Source of the DNA: a virus
Lineage: Duplodnaviria > Caudoviricetes
DNA length: 62,665 bases
Virus record (IMG/VR): IMGVR_UViG_3300018080_000186
Location: 1 to 62,665 of that record
Direction: 5' to 3' (one strand)
The position numbers were made by a program, and so were the translations under genes. The first letter of the stretch is position 1, and each line of letters opens with the position of its first letter. Below the pieces are notes generated by a model that worked only from the letters and a program-made list of their open reading frames with translations, made no database searches and had not been told where the DNA came from. This document shows, piece after piece, positions 17,616-26,612 of this stretch.

Positions 17616-19259
17616 ATGAGCGCACCAGTCGTAATCTATTCCGATGACGTCGAGAGTTCACCGTTCGTGGTGACCAAGCTCTACGTCGACATCGTCAACG
17701 GCGACGACAACAACGACGGCCTGTCCTGGGCCACGGCGAAGCAGACGGACGCGGTCTTCGACCTGGTCCCCAACGGGGGCTGGTGTGCCGTCTACGTCAG
17801 GAGCCACGGTGGTACCTTCGTCATCGACAAGCGGACGCTGCCCTACGCCCAGTACGAGGGGCAGCTCTCGATCATCGGTGACGATGCGTGGGCCGAGACC
17901 GACTTCGGCGTGGTGACCAACTTCGCACACTTCGGTGGGAAGTACTTCCGCGATGAGATCACCATCGCGTGGGACTCGCATGTCCCCAGTGACGCCACGG
18001 ATCGTCAGCAGTTCATCCGCTTCACCGACGACGACGGGAACGAGTGGATCTGGAAGGTGTACGAGTACATGGGCGCGAACGTCTACGAGGCGTTCTCCGG
18101 GTTCGGCAACCCCAACATGGCCGCGGGAAACGAGGAGATCCACCTCGTCAAGCCGACGACGACCATCGCCCCTGCTCTCGTCACGCAGGCGGGAACCTTC
18201 GCGACGAACGGACGTGTCGGATTCATCGGATGCGTGCTGGCCTCCCCGGGGCAGAACGGGTTCCGCGAGTTCGACACCACGGCCTGCCACATCGACGCGA
18301 CGGCGCACAACGCTGCTTTCGCATGGGGCAGCAAGGGGTTCTGCACGAAGCTGTTCACCGACGACCTGGGCGTTCTCGCTCCGCAACTCTACATCCCTCG
18401 GCAACTGCTCGAGGGGACTGTCATGGAGAAAACGCAGGGGGGGGCCTACGGTGCTGCGAGCTACCTGGAGATGTCGGGTGCAGGCTACGCCTACTTCGCG
18501 GACGACAACCCGGGATCGTACAACCTCAGCCGCTGCAACGGATTGGTGTATGAGGGCGGGAATATCGAGTTCTGGAACGCGGTCCACACCACGTTCAACT
18601 ACGCCAGGGGAGTCGAGGACGGCGTGAGCGGATTCCGAGCTCTGGCCAGGTCACTCGTGGACACGAACGGCGTCAACTGCGACAAGGTCACCGCAGAGGC
18701 CGACGGCTACATCCGCGTGCAGACGCTGATGACCCCGGAGATCGACATCATCGAGGGGTGGCTGGGATCGAGCGGTGGCGTGAAGACCATCGACCTGGTG
18801 ACGAGCAACCCGACCCGAGACTCCCACTGCCTCAGGGTTCACCGAGGTGGCGTGACCGGACAGATCGAGATCAAGGGTGGATACTCGACCTCGGGTGTTG
18901 CTCTCCCGGCCACCAGGATCGACGGAATCTGCGAGGGACTCGAGCTGAACTTCGATGACATGGACAGGGGCGACGGTCCCGTGAACCACATCCGAGGCGG
19001 GGCTCGCGTCGAACTGATCAAGTGCGTGGGTGACAACCTCAACCTGGGAGTGGGTGGCACGAACGTCGGATTGCAGATCGAGGACCAGACCTACGTCGAG
19101 GCCGACGACGACGGCACCGGCAACCTCACCGCCACTGGTGCGGATGGGGACGTGCTGCTCGGCGCAAGCGCCGCGCCCATCGCGTGGCCAGCCCCCCCGA
19201 GCTACAACACGGACCTCGCTGCGGTTGCTCCGCAGATGTCGGTCCTCAAGATCGTGTAG
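17616..19259 (+). CDS. Putative spike/receptor-binding protein (beta-helix type)
   Basis: N-terminal LYVD...GDDNNDGLSWATAK.T motif typical of pectin-lyase-fold proteins; Gly/Asn-rich beta repeats. Confidence 0.65.
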   Translation: MSAPVVIYSDDVESSPFVVTKLYVDIVNGDDNNDGLSWATAKQTDAVFDLVPNGGWCAVYVRSHGGTFVIDKRTLPYAQYEGQLSIIGDDAWAETDFGVVTNFAHFGGKYFRDEITIAWDSHVPSDATDRQQFIRFTDDDGNEWIWKVYEYMGANVYEAFSGFGNPNMAAGNEEIHLVKPTTTIAPALVTQAGTFATNGRVGFIGCVLASPGQNGFREFDTTACHIDATAHNAAFAWGSKGFCTKLFTDDLGVLAPQLYIPRQLLEGTVMEKTQGGAYGAASYLEMSGAGYAYFADDNPGSYNLSRCNGLVYEGGNIEFWNAVHTTFNYARGVEDGVSGFRALARSLVDTNGVNCDKVTAEADGYIRVQTLMTPEIDIIEGWLGSSGGVKTIDLVTSNPTRDSHCLRVHRGGVTGQIEIKGGYSTSGVALPATRIDGICEGLELNFDDMDRGDGPVNHIRGGARVELIKCVGDNLNLGVGGTNVGLQIEDQTYVEADDDGTGNLTATGADGDVLLGASAAPIAWPAPPSYNTDLAAVAPQMSVLKIV

Positions 19260-19268
19260 GAGGAGAAG

Positions 19269-19514
19269 ATGCCGTACGGACAGTACACGAAGAAGATCCA
19301 GGTCACGGTCGCTGCTGGAGCAACGGACAGCATTGCCAGTCCGATGACCGGCAGGATCCCCGACGAGGTCATGGTGAAGACCGAATCGGGAGATGCGAAA
19401 CTGCAGCTCTCGAACTGGGATCCGGCCAACAACACGTTCGACGCACACAACCCCGGAGCGATGTCCAACACCAGTACTCTGATCCTGGTGTACCGTCACT
19501 CCATCCCCAAGTGA
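19269..19514 (+). CDS. Small beta-rich protein
   Basis: GGAGGAG RBS, tightly packed in the operon. Confidence 0.6.
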   Translation: MPYGQYTKKIQVTVAAGATDSIASPMTGRIPDEVMVKTESGDAKLQLSNWDPANNTFDAHNPGAMSNTSTLILVYRHSIPK

Positions 19515-19522
19515 GGTGAACC

Positions 19523-20107
19523 ATGGCGGGAAAGAGGAAGATCACGATGGAGCTCATCGACTCCTCGCTCAAGGACGATCTGATCGACATCGGAGGACGT
19601 CTCGGGATCGAGGACGAGATCCACTACAAGGACACGAAGCCCGAGATCTACGAGAAGGTGGTGAAGGCCTTCAAGAAGCAGCAGCGTGCCGAGAAGAAGG
19701 GCAAGTCGAAGCCGAAGGCGAAGTCCAAGGCCTCTCCGACGACACCCGAGGTCCCGGAGTACATCGAGACGCCGACGGGTCTGGTTCCGACGACGCCCCC
19801 CTCGGCCCCTGCGGATTCGGATGCTGAGGAGGCACCCGAGGTGGTGCCGGGGACCATCGAGAAGGTGGACGAGCCCGTCGGGCCTCCTGTGCGCCGCCTC
19901 GATCCCGGCACTCACTACTTCGTCAACGACGAGGAGAGGACGAAGCAGTACTTCGTGAAGGCGGCGAGGGGGATGTTCGTCAAGCAGGGCGTCATCGATT
20001 TCGCTCTGAAGACGGCCAAGCGCCGGGGCGTCGGGAGCTTCAAGGCCCACGCCAGGTACCGCGGTCGCATCGCGCAGTTCAAGTTCGTCATCAGGGTGGT
20101 GAAGTAG
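19523..20107 (+). CDS. Protein with N-terminal Rho-N/HeH-like nucleic-acid-binding domain
   Basis: LKDDLIDIGGRLGI......TKPEIYEKV helix-extension-helix pattern; basic segments. Confidence 0.5.
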   Translation: MAGKRKITMELIDSSLKDDLIDIGGRLGIEDEIHYKDTKPEIYEKVVKAFKKQQRAEKKGKSKPKAKSKASPTTPEVPEYIETPTGLVPTTPPSAPADSDAEEAPEVVPGTIEKVDEPVGPPVRRLDPGTHYFVNDEERTKQYFVKAARGMFVKQGVIDFALKTAKRRGVGSFKAHARYRGRIAQFKFVIRVVK

Positions 20108-20108
20108 A

Positions 20109-20423
20109 ATGGCTGACTTCACATGCACCAAGCGAGGGGCGAGGATGTTCGAGTTTCGGGATGCATCGATCCCGAACAACGGAGGATCGCGTACCTTCGC
20201 GTGTGTGGGGATCCCCGAAGATCCTTCTTCTCCCCAGTTCATCCCCCCGTTGCTGTCGATTCTCGGCACCAACGTCCATTTCCAGACCTACTACCAGAAC
20301 GGCGTGACATGGGATCCGCTCACTCGCACGGTCACATTCGAGCTCTTCAACACGACCCCTGGCGCAGGCGAGGATGGATTCTTGGACTTCGTCGTCTGGT
20401 TCCCCCACACGAAGGTCAGGTGA
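20109..20423 (+). CDS. Small beta-rich protein
   Basis: Packed in the operon. Its C-terminus (VW.PHTKVR) resembles that of 19269-19514 (VYRHSIPK). Confidence 0.6.
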   Translation: MADFTCTKRGARMFEFRDASIPNNGGSRTFACVGIPEDPSSPQFIPPLLSILGTNVHFQTYYQNGVTWDPLTRTVTFELFNTTPGAGEDGFLDFVVWFPHTKVR

Positions 20424-20427
20424 TGGG

Positions 20428-21453
20428 ATGGGGGCTCGAGTCTACAGTCGGTTTGGCCGGCGGGCCCGAGCCCCCTCTCGTTCCCTGGGCTTGATGTACG
20501 AGGACGAGGCCTTCGATAAGGCCGCTCGGGAGTGGGGCACCACCGACAATCCATACGACGCCGGATACATCCTGCCGGACGGATCCCTGCTGGACATGAG
20601 TGAGGGAGGTGGCGAGGGGAGAACTCTGGATCACAGGGCCGTCCAGGGTATCCTGCAGCGCGATTACCCACGTCAGGGTGCCATGGTCGAGTTCATGAGT
20701 CGTGGGGCCATCAGGATGCACGCCAGCCCCCGGGAGAGAGCCCTGTTCCTCGACGTGGTCCGGCGACCCACCGATGCCCAGGACTCCACGATCCGACGTC
20801 TCGTGCCATGGTTCGAGGAGGTCCGTGCGGAGATCACCAACCCGGACACTGGGTACGTCGAGGTCTGGGACCACTGGGGGGATCCTGGTGGCAAGAGACT
20901 GCACCCGCGGCCCGTCATCATGTTCCTGGACGAGCGCGGGATGCGCGGCCTCGGTGCTCGAGGACGAGCCGACTGGATCATCGTCGCTAGGGACCCGATC
21001 ACCGGAGAGCAGGTGACATGGGAGACGAGCTCTCATTCCGATGCGAGACGGAGGGCCGAACGGATCCGCAGGGAGCAGTGGCACGCAGATACGGAGTATG
21101 GCCGAGAGGCGGTCAGGTATCAGGATGTGAGGATCATCAGCAAGAGCCAAGGCCATATGCTCGACGGCCTCTCCGGGTTCCCGAAGGTGACCAGGTCCAC
21201 CCGCAAGGGCAAGAAGTTCAAGGTCAGGGTGTGCAGGAAGATCCGAGGAGAGCAGCGGTGCAAGACCATCCACTTCGGTGCGACGGGGTATCGCATCAAG
21301 CCGGGGACGAAGGCAGGTGACAGCTACTGCGCCCGCAGCGCCGCCCAGCAGGGAGCGGATGACCCGTTCAGCGCCGCGTACTGGTCCAGGCGGATGTGGG
21401 GTTGCGAGGGCAAGAAGAGCGTCAAGGGCAAGGCACTGAAGGTGGGAAAATGA
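20428..21453 (+). CDS. Three-module protein with a C-terminal DUF5754/DUF6321-like domain
   Basis: GYILPDG..LD.S...DHR module, MRGLG linker, small module, LDGLSG linker, then STRKGKK...IHFGA.GY...SYCARS...YWSR.MW module. Confidence 0.6.
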   Translation: MGARVYSRFGRRARAPSRSLGLMYEDEAFDKAAREWGTTDNPYDAGYILPDGSLLDMSEGGGEGRTLDHRAVQGILQRDYPRQGAMVEFMSRGAIRMHASPRERALFLDVVRRPTDAQDSTIRRLVPWFEEVRAEITNPDTGYVEVWDHWGDPGGKRLHPRPVIMFLDERGMRGLGARGRADWIIVARDPITGEQVTWETSSHSDARRRAERIRREQWHADTEYGREAVRYQDVRIISKSQGHMLDGLSGFPKVTRSTRKGKKFKVRVCRKIRGEQRCKTIHFGATGYRIKPGTKAGDSYCARSAAQQGADDPFSAAYWSRRMWGCEGKKSVKGKALKVGK

Positions 21454-21830
21454 AGAGACGACCCAGGAGGATCTCAGGACGGATGACACGGCCCCGGGGC
21501 GTCGGTGTGGGCGTGGACCCGGCGCGGTGCGACCAGATCCACTGGACGCAGATCGCCGGGGAGATCTCCGAGCTCAAGCGCATCTACACGGGTCTGCCGC
21601 TCCCGGGCAAGCCCAAGGTCGCGAAGAGGTGCATGTGGGCCCTCGAGACGGCCCTGGGCAAGTACGAGGAGGCGGAGACATACCGGGAGCGCGGGGAGTG
21701 CGAGCTCGCCGGAGAGTTCGGCCTGGACGCCATCCGCTACCATGGGATCTTCCTGCACTGCCAGATGAACCAGCCCAAGGCCAAGAAGAAGAAGCCGAAG
21801 AAGCGCAAGACGCGCAAGAAGAAGAGGTGA
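21450..21830 (+). CDS. Basic Cys-containing helical protein
   Basis: Poly-Lys C-terminal tail; translationally coupled start. Confidence 0.6.
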   Translation: MKRRPRRISGRMTRPRGVGVGVDPARCDQIHWTQIAGEISELKRIYTGLPLPGKPKVAKRCMWALETALGKYEEAETYRERGECELAGEFGLDAIRYHGIFLHCQMNQPKAKKKKPKKRKTRKKKR

Positions 21831-21833
21831 GTC

Positions 21834-22145
21834 ATGATGGAAGCTGGAGCACAGATCGTTCCGAGGTCCTCCGAGGGTGTGGGAGCTCTGGCCTACCCTG
21901 GATTCGACCCTGTCCACCTGAACCCGGGTGAGCACGGGGTCGTGTCCCCGTCGGCAGCGTTTGGGAGTGACAAGCTCCTGAAGGCCTACGGTGGGTACGG
22001 GGAGATCAGCGACGGCGCCGCCGTGGCGGCTGCGGTGGGCATCGGGGTCGCGGCGCTGGTCGTGACCGTGGGATCCTACGCGCTGCTCGCCTACGTCATC
22101 GGATGGGGCGCGAGCAAGGGCTGGAAGAAGGCGAAGGGCAAGTGA
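21834..22145 (+). CDS. Small C-terminally anchored membrane protein
   Basis: LKAYGGYG, then a TM helix and a basic tail. Confidence 0.7.
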   Translation: MMEAGAQIVPRSSEGVGALAYPGFDPVHLNPGEHGVVSPSAAFGSDKLLKAYGGYGEISDGAAVAAAVGIGVAALVVTVGSYALLAYVIGWGASKGWKKAKGK

Positions 22146-22168
22146 GACGCCGATACCCAGAGGAACCC

Positions 22169-22363
22169 ATGACGGTGGCCTACGGGCCCCCTGACGCTCG
22201 TGAGGGCCTTGGGGCACCCGGAGTCGAGGAGGAGTTCGAGGAGGCCGTCATCGAGGGCTCAGTGGTGCCCAGGGCCATCGCCATCGGCGGCGGCATCGTC
22301 TCGGGGGTCGTCATGTTCGGATCCATCGCCTACGCGATCGTCAAGAGGCCGAAGAGGCGGTGA
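22169..22363 (+). CDS. Small C-terminally anchored membrane protein
   Basis: MTVAYG...EGLG, then a TM helix and KRPKRR. Confidence 0.65.
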   Translation: MTVAYGPPDAREGLGAPGVEEEFEEAVIEGSVVPRAIAIGGGIVSGVVMFGSIAYAIVKRPKRR

Positions 22364-22379
22364 GACCTACGGGTACTGC

Positions 22380-23213
22380 ATGACCCTCGAGGAGTTCCGC
22401 ACGATCATGAGCAAGGGCGTCAACGGTCTGGGAGATGGAAGCATGAGACCCGGTATCACCTACACCTACTTCTTCGCGTTCGACCCGGAGATGAGCACCT
22501 GGATCGGGCCGTTCGACACGTTCGAGAGGGCCCTGCAGGAGATCGCGATGCGCTACTACTCCTACCACGAGAGGTACGGCGTGGAGGACGCGCAGCAGGA
22601 CGGCTACAAGGTGGGTGAGATCAGGACGAGCGACCCCGAGGATGCCGAGCGCATCATGGACACGAAGGGCCCCGAGCGAGACTACCCGGTGCGGGTCCAG
22701 GTGACCGATCGGGTGGCCTACGCGCACGGTGGAGGCCGGACCATGAGGGTTGCCCGAGACCAGAGCCTCAACGGCCTGGGAGGAGAAGACATGGACGACA
22801 TCGAGCAGAGGGCGGAGCAGCTCGCCTGGAGGGACACCCGAGACTCGTTCTGGGAGGGCCCGATGGACGAGAGCGACCGTACGAACTGGGCGGCGACCAT
22901 CGCGCAGCACCGCGACAGCGATCCTCTCGCCGTGAGCAACTACCGGGTCATCTCCCGGGACCTGGAGTCGAAGTTCCCCGACGACGTCGAGGAGCACCGA
23001 TTCAGCCACTGGGCGGTGGGCTGGATGGACCACCTGTTCGTCCGCATCCGGGACGACCAGGGCAACTTCACGCCGGCGTTCCTCCGAGTCATCGAGTGGG
23101 AGGAGGAGCTCGAGAACTACCCCGTCGCCAACGAGGAGGACCTCGGAGAGGTGGAGATGGAGATGGGCTACGACCCCGACACTGGGGAGTGGTCTGAGAG
23201 CATCGTGCACTGA
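22380..23213 (+). CDS. Two-module protein delimited by NGLG sites
   Basis: VNGLG and LNGLG linkers. The C-terminal RDSD.L..SN...HWAVGW...YPV module resembles a conserved phage hypothetical family. Confidence 0.7.
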   Translation: MTLEEFRTIMSKGVNGLGDGSMRPGITYTYFFAFDPEMSTWIGPFDTFERALQEIAMRYYSYHERYGVEDAQQDGYKVGEIRTSDPEDAERIMDTKGPERDYPVRVQVTDRVAYAHGGGRTMRVARDQSLNGLGGEDMDDIEQRAEQLAWRDTRDSFWEGPMDESDRTNWAATIAQHRDSDPLAVSNYRVISRDLESKFPDDVEEHRFSHWAVGWMDHLFVRIRDDQGNFTPAFLRVIEWEEELENYPVANEEDLGEVEMEMGYDPDTGEWSESIVH

Positions 23214-23411
23214 GATCCCAATCACCTACCAATCCGTACCAGATCTGGTAGATCCCTTCCCCGAACCCCCCTGAATCATTGAACTGAGACCCCGCTCCTG
23301 CAGGAGCGGGACACACCTCGCCAGCGCAGGTGCTCTTCTGGTGCTGACGAGGTGGCCCATGGAGGCGAGTAAGGTGAGCCAGGCCGTGATGCCCTCCCAC
23401 CGCGAGATTCC

Positions 23412-23473
23412 ACCCTATCCCAGGCCCTCCTCGAGGTCAATTCTTGACAGGATTAAGAACCCGTGTTAGTCCT
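23412..23473. promoter_or_regulatory. Back-to-back sigma70-type promoters
   Basis: Rightward: TTGACA (23444-23449)-N17-TAGTCC with TG extension. Leftward: TTGACC (23440-23435)-N17-TAGGGT (23417-23412). Confidence 0.7.
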
Positions 23474-23479
23474 GTGGTC

Positions 23480-23494
23480 TGGGAGCCGAACATG
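23480..23494 (+). promoter_or_regulatory. GGGAGCCGAACATG box over the RBS and start codon (copy 1)
   Basis: The same 12-mer occurs at 39043, 47773, 50217 and 50400. Confidence 0.8.
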
Positions 23495-23806
23495 ACAGCA
23501 AGATCAGACGAGGGCCAGGTCGGACTCTTCGACACGCCGCCACGGCCGCCCACCGAGCAGGAGAAGCAGATCAAGCGGGTCCGTGGCCGCATCCACAGGG
23601 CCATCCTGGCGTTCTTCGACAGGCTTGAGGTGGGGGAGCAGTTCACGATGGTGGCGCTGACTCGAGAGGTGGCCTCGAAGGTGCCGTCTCTGGCGCCGGA
23701 CAGCCCGGGACGGATCATGCGTCTGCTGCGTCGTGAAGGGAAGATCAACTACAAGGTCGTGAGCAGGGCGCAGTCCCTGTACGCGAAGAAGGAGAACGAA
23801 TCATGA
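23492..23806 (+). CDS. Putative winged-helix DNA-binding protein; first gene of the early operon
   Basis: APDSPGRIMRLLRREGKINYKVV wHTH-like pattern. Confidence 0.55.
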   Translation: MTARSDEGQVGLFDTPPRPPTEQEKQIKRVRGRIHRAILAFFDRLEVGEQFTMVALTREVASKVPSLAPDSPGRIMRLLRREGKINYKVVSRAQSLYAKKENES

Positions 23807-24140
23807 GCACGAACGTACACGAAGGTCCTCTCTGGGAGGTAGACATCAAGCAAGAGGTCTGGGAGCGTCTCAACAGCAACTCTGGACTCAAGCCAGCCTA
23901 TTCCTTCGTCAGGATCAATGAGCCGACAGAGGAACACGCCCGACTGTTTGGAATCCTTTGCCTCGAGGATGACGATGGTGGAGGAAACGAGATCCGGCTC
24001 ACCAATGAGGATGTGAATGTGTTCCCAGTCCATTGCGAGAAGTGCGGCGAGAGGGCCACGAAAATTTACCGTTTCCATGAGGACGATGGGGAGGAGGTTG
24101 AGTGGGAGCTCTGCGATTCCTGCTACGAGAAAGAGCAGTC

Positions 24141-24818
24141 GTGATCTTCTACATGGGCCACACCTCTGACCGCAAGATTGTGTCACAGGTCCGTGAGCGC
24201 CCCCAGAGAATGGGATTCCTGGTGCAGAGAGGCTACTCGGGGAGATACCCGATCCATGAGGGGATCCGGTGGGCCTACGACAACGGGGCCTACTCCGACT
24301 TCATCCATTCCCGTGAGTTCGACGCGGAGGCGTTCCGTGAGGATCTGACCCGGTTCATGGAGGAGGGGCTGAAGCCGAACTGGGTGGTCTTGCCCGACAT
24401 CGTGCAGGGAGGTCCCAGGAGCCTCGAGCACAGCCTCAGGTGGCTCGAGGAGCTGCCGAGGCAGTTCCCCTACCTGATCGCGGTGCAGGACGGGATGACG
24501 CGGGAGATGGTGGAGCCTCACATGAAGCCGATCCGGGGTCTCTTCGTCGGGGGGAGCTCGGAGTTCAAGGCCACCCTGCCCGAGTGGTGCCAGCTCGCGC
24601 ACGACCACGGCAAGATCTGCCACCTCGGCCGCTCGAGCAGCATCAACCGCATCCTCTGGGCGAAGGTGTGCGAGGCCGACTCCTGCGACTCCTCGTTCTT
24701 CAACTGGACCAGGGACAGGGTGGATGCCCTCCTGGAGTTCATCGATGCTGGATACGTGACCCGGCAGCAGTGGTTCGACTTCTTCAACGTGCAACCTCAG
24801 AGATGGGAGAAGCCATGA
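24141..24818 (+). CDS. TGT (tRNA-guanine transglycosylase)-fold protein, DpdA-like DNA-modification candidate
   Basis: DNGAYS, LPDIV, AVQDG, FVGG, HLGR and DSCDSS motifs in TGT order. Confidence 0.65.
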   Translation: MIFYMGHTSDRKIVSQVRERPQRMGFLVQRGYSGRYPIHEGIRWAYDNGAYSDFIHSREFDAEAFREDLTRFMEEGLKPNWVVLPDIVQGGPRSLEHSLRWLEELPRQFPYLIAVQDGMTREMVEPHMKPIRGLFVGGSSEFKATLPEWCQLAHDHGKICHLGRSSSINRILWAKVCEADSCDSSFFNWTRDRVDALLEFIDAGYVTRQQWFDFFNVQPQRWEKP

Positions 24819-25450
24819 CGGAGCGATATGCGAGAAATGCAGCGTTTTGGGCCCTGTTCACGGTCCTGATGTTCCTGGCCTGGGTGCTCCTGACGGGGTG
24901 CGGAGGTGGGGCCTCGACGTTCACGGAGGGGGACTCATCAGACGACTCCCCTGAGGCCATCTGGGACGCCCCAGACGCCGTGGAGGACTCGGGGGAGCCC
25001 GAGGTACCCGATGACCCTCTGGAGGACCCTGACGCCGTAGAGGAGCCTCCGTGCGGGGGCCCTGACGACGACTGCGACGAGGACGGGTGGACGCCGGGGA
25101 CGGGGGACTGCTGCGATGACCATCCTGGGGTGCACCCGGGGGCCGGGTGGGCCTCGAGCCCCTACGAGTGTCCGGGTTCGGGGGAGGGGCCCTCCTGGGA
25201 CTGGGACTGCTCGGGGGAGGTGGAGGTCTCGGTCGAGGATGTCGGGGACGGCCTCGAGGAGCTCCTGCCGGACTCGGGGTGCGACGGGGTCAGCGGGAGC
25301 CTGCAGTGCAACGCAGCGGAGGGGTGGGTCCCGGAGCCCGAGTGCGGGGTGACCGCAGAGTACTTCCACTGCTTCTGGTACTCGACCACGACCTTCAGCG
25401 GGTGCTACCCGCACCCGGCGACCTGGGAAGGGGTGGTGGAGTGCCGATGA
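24815..25450 (+). CDS. Cys/Asp-rich lipoprotein with MopE-like putative metal-binding motif
   Basis: Lipobox LLTGC; D.D.DG....GDC.D....VHPGA....DWDC.G motif. Confidence 0.7.
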   Translation: MTERYARNAAFWALFTVLMFLAWVLLTGCGGGASTFTEGDSSDDSPEAIWDAPDAVEDSGEPEVPDDPLEDPDAVEEPPCGGPDDDCDEDGWTPGTGDCCDDHPGVHPGAGWASSPYECPGSGEGPSWDWDCSGEVEVSVEDVGDGLEELLPDSGCDGVSGSLQCNAAEGWVPEPECGVTAEYFHCFWYSTTTFSGCYPHPATWEGVVECR

Positions 25451-26154
25451 CCGAGCAAGAGGCAAGGAATCTCCTGGAGATCGGTGACGCCTTCACCCCC
25501 CAGGATCTGAAGACTGCGTTCAGGAAGGCTTCCATGACGAAGCATCCCGACATCGGGGGATCCCAGGAAGACTTCATCGCGCTGATGGGAGCCTTCGATC
25601 TGCTCAAGCCACTGGCCTCCGCGACTGGCGCCGCCACCGGCGAGCTGAAGAAGATCACCACCGTCGATGGTCGTCCGCTCTCAGAGCTCGGGAAGGGATA
25701 CCCGATCACCATCTCAGCCAGAACATGCGACTCCTGCAATGGTCTCGGCTACCGGGAGTTCCACGAGCAGAGAAGTGTGATGGCGACGTGCAAGAGGTGC
25801 GGTGGCTGCGGGATGGTTCGGTATCCATGCAAGAGGTGCGGCGGGGATGGCAAGTACAAGCATCCTCGCTCCGGCAAGGTCGTCGGGGAATGCCATCGCT
25901 GCAAGGGGTCCGGCTGGTTCTATCCAGAGGACAAGAGGCGCCATCGTGGAACCTTCGGTGTGTTCGAGAGAGTCGTCTACATTCCGGGAACGGATAGGCC
26001 AGCACGGAAGTGCGGCGCATGTAATGGACTCGGAAGATCGTGGCAGGAGATCGATCAGGGAGGCGCCCTCTACGCGGAGTGCATGAAATGCCATGGCGTG
26101 GGCGAGATCAAGATGGGGAACCCAGTGATCCCCAGGGGGTACTTTCGGAGATGA
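25447..26154 (+). CDS. J-domain protein with DnaJ-type zinc fingers
   Basis: HPD motif in an N-terminal J-domain; six CxxCxGxG repeats. Confidence 0.85.
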   Translation: MTEQEARNLLEIGDAFTPQDLKTAFRKASMTKHPDIGGSQEDFIALMGAFDLLKPLASATGAATGELKKITTVDGRPLSELGKGYPITISARTCDSCNGLGYREFHEQRSVMATCKRCGGCGMVRYPCKRCGGDGKYKHPRSGKVVGECHRCKGSGWFYPEDKRRHRGTFGVFERVVYIPGTDRPARKCGACNGLGRSWQEIDQGGALYAECMKCHGVGEIKMGNPVIPRGYFRR

Positions 26155-26612
26155 ACGAAGATCGCCAGGGACGAGTGCCCAGGGGATGGAGATACTACCG
26201 GGGGCCCGAGGAGACCGTGATCCAGCTCGGGACCCGCCGGCACGTCTGGAAGGGAAGGCCGCCGTGCTTCGCGAGCATCGCAGCGGCATGGAGATTCGAG
26301 AACGAATGCGACTGCGACGAGTGCCAGCCGCAGCAACAGGAGGAAGACTCATGAAGTTCAAGATCGTGCAGTTCGATGACGGCGAGAATGCCTACATCGT
26401 GATCAACAAGAGGGGCCTCGCGTTCCTGATCGCGGCCGGGTTCAAGCCCACGGTGAAGTACCAGGGCCACGAGGTCGACGCGCAGCGCGGCCGGTGGGCC
26501 GGGGAGTTCCAGTTCGGGGCCATCGAGGACGCCAAGGTCTTCGCGGACAGGTTCCTCGAGGATCTCACCGAGGTCGAGGAGGTGGTGAAGGAGGTCGACA
26601 AGGAGGAGAGCG

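Noticed and set aside
23089-23400. 103-aa minus-strand ORF behind the leftward promoter
   Set aside because: It has no RBS, unprotein-like composition and overlaps the end of a real gene. The region is treated as non-coding, although a leaderless peptide cannot be fully excluded.
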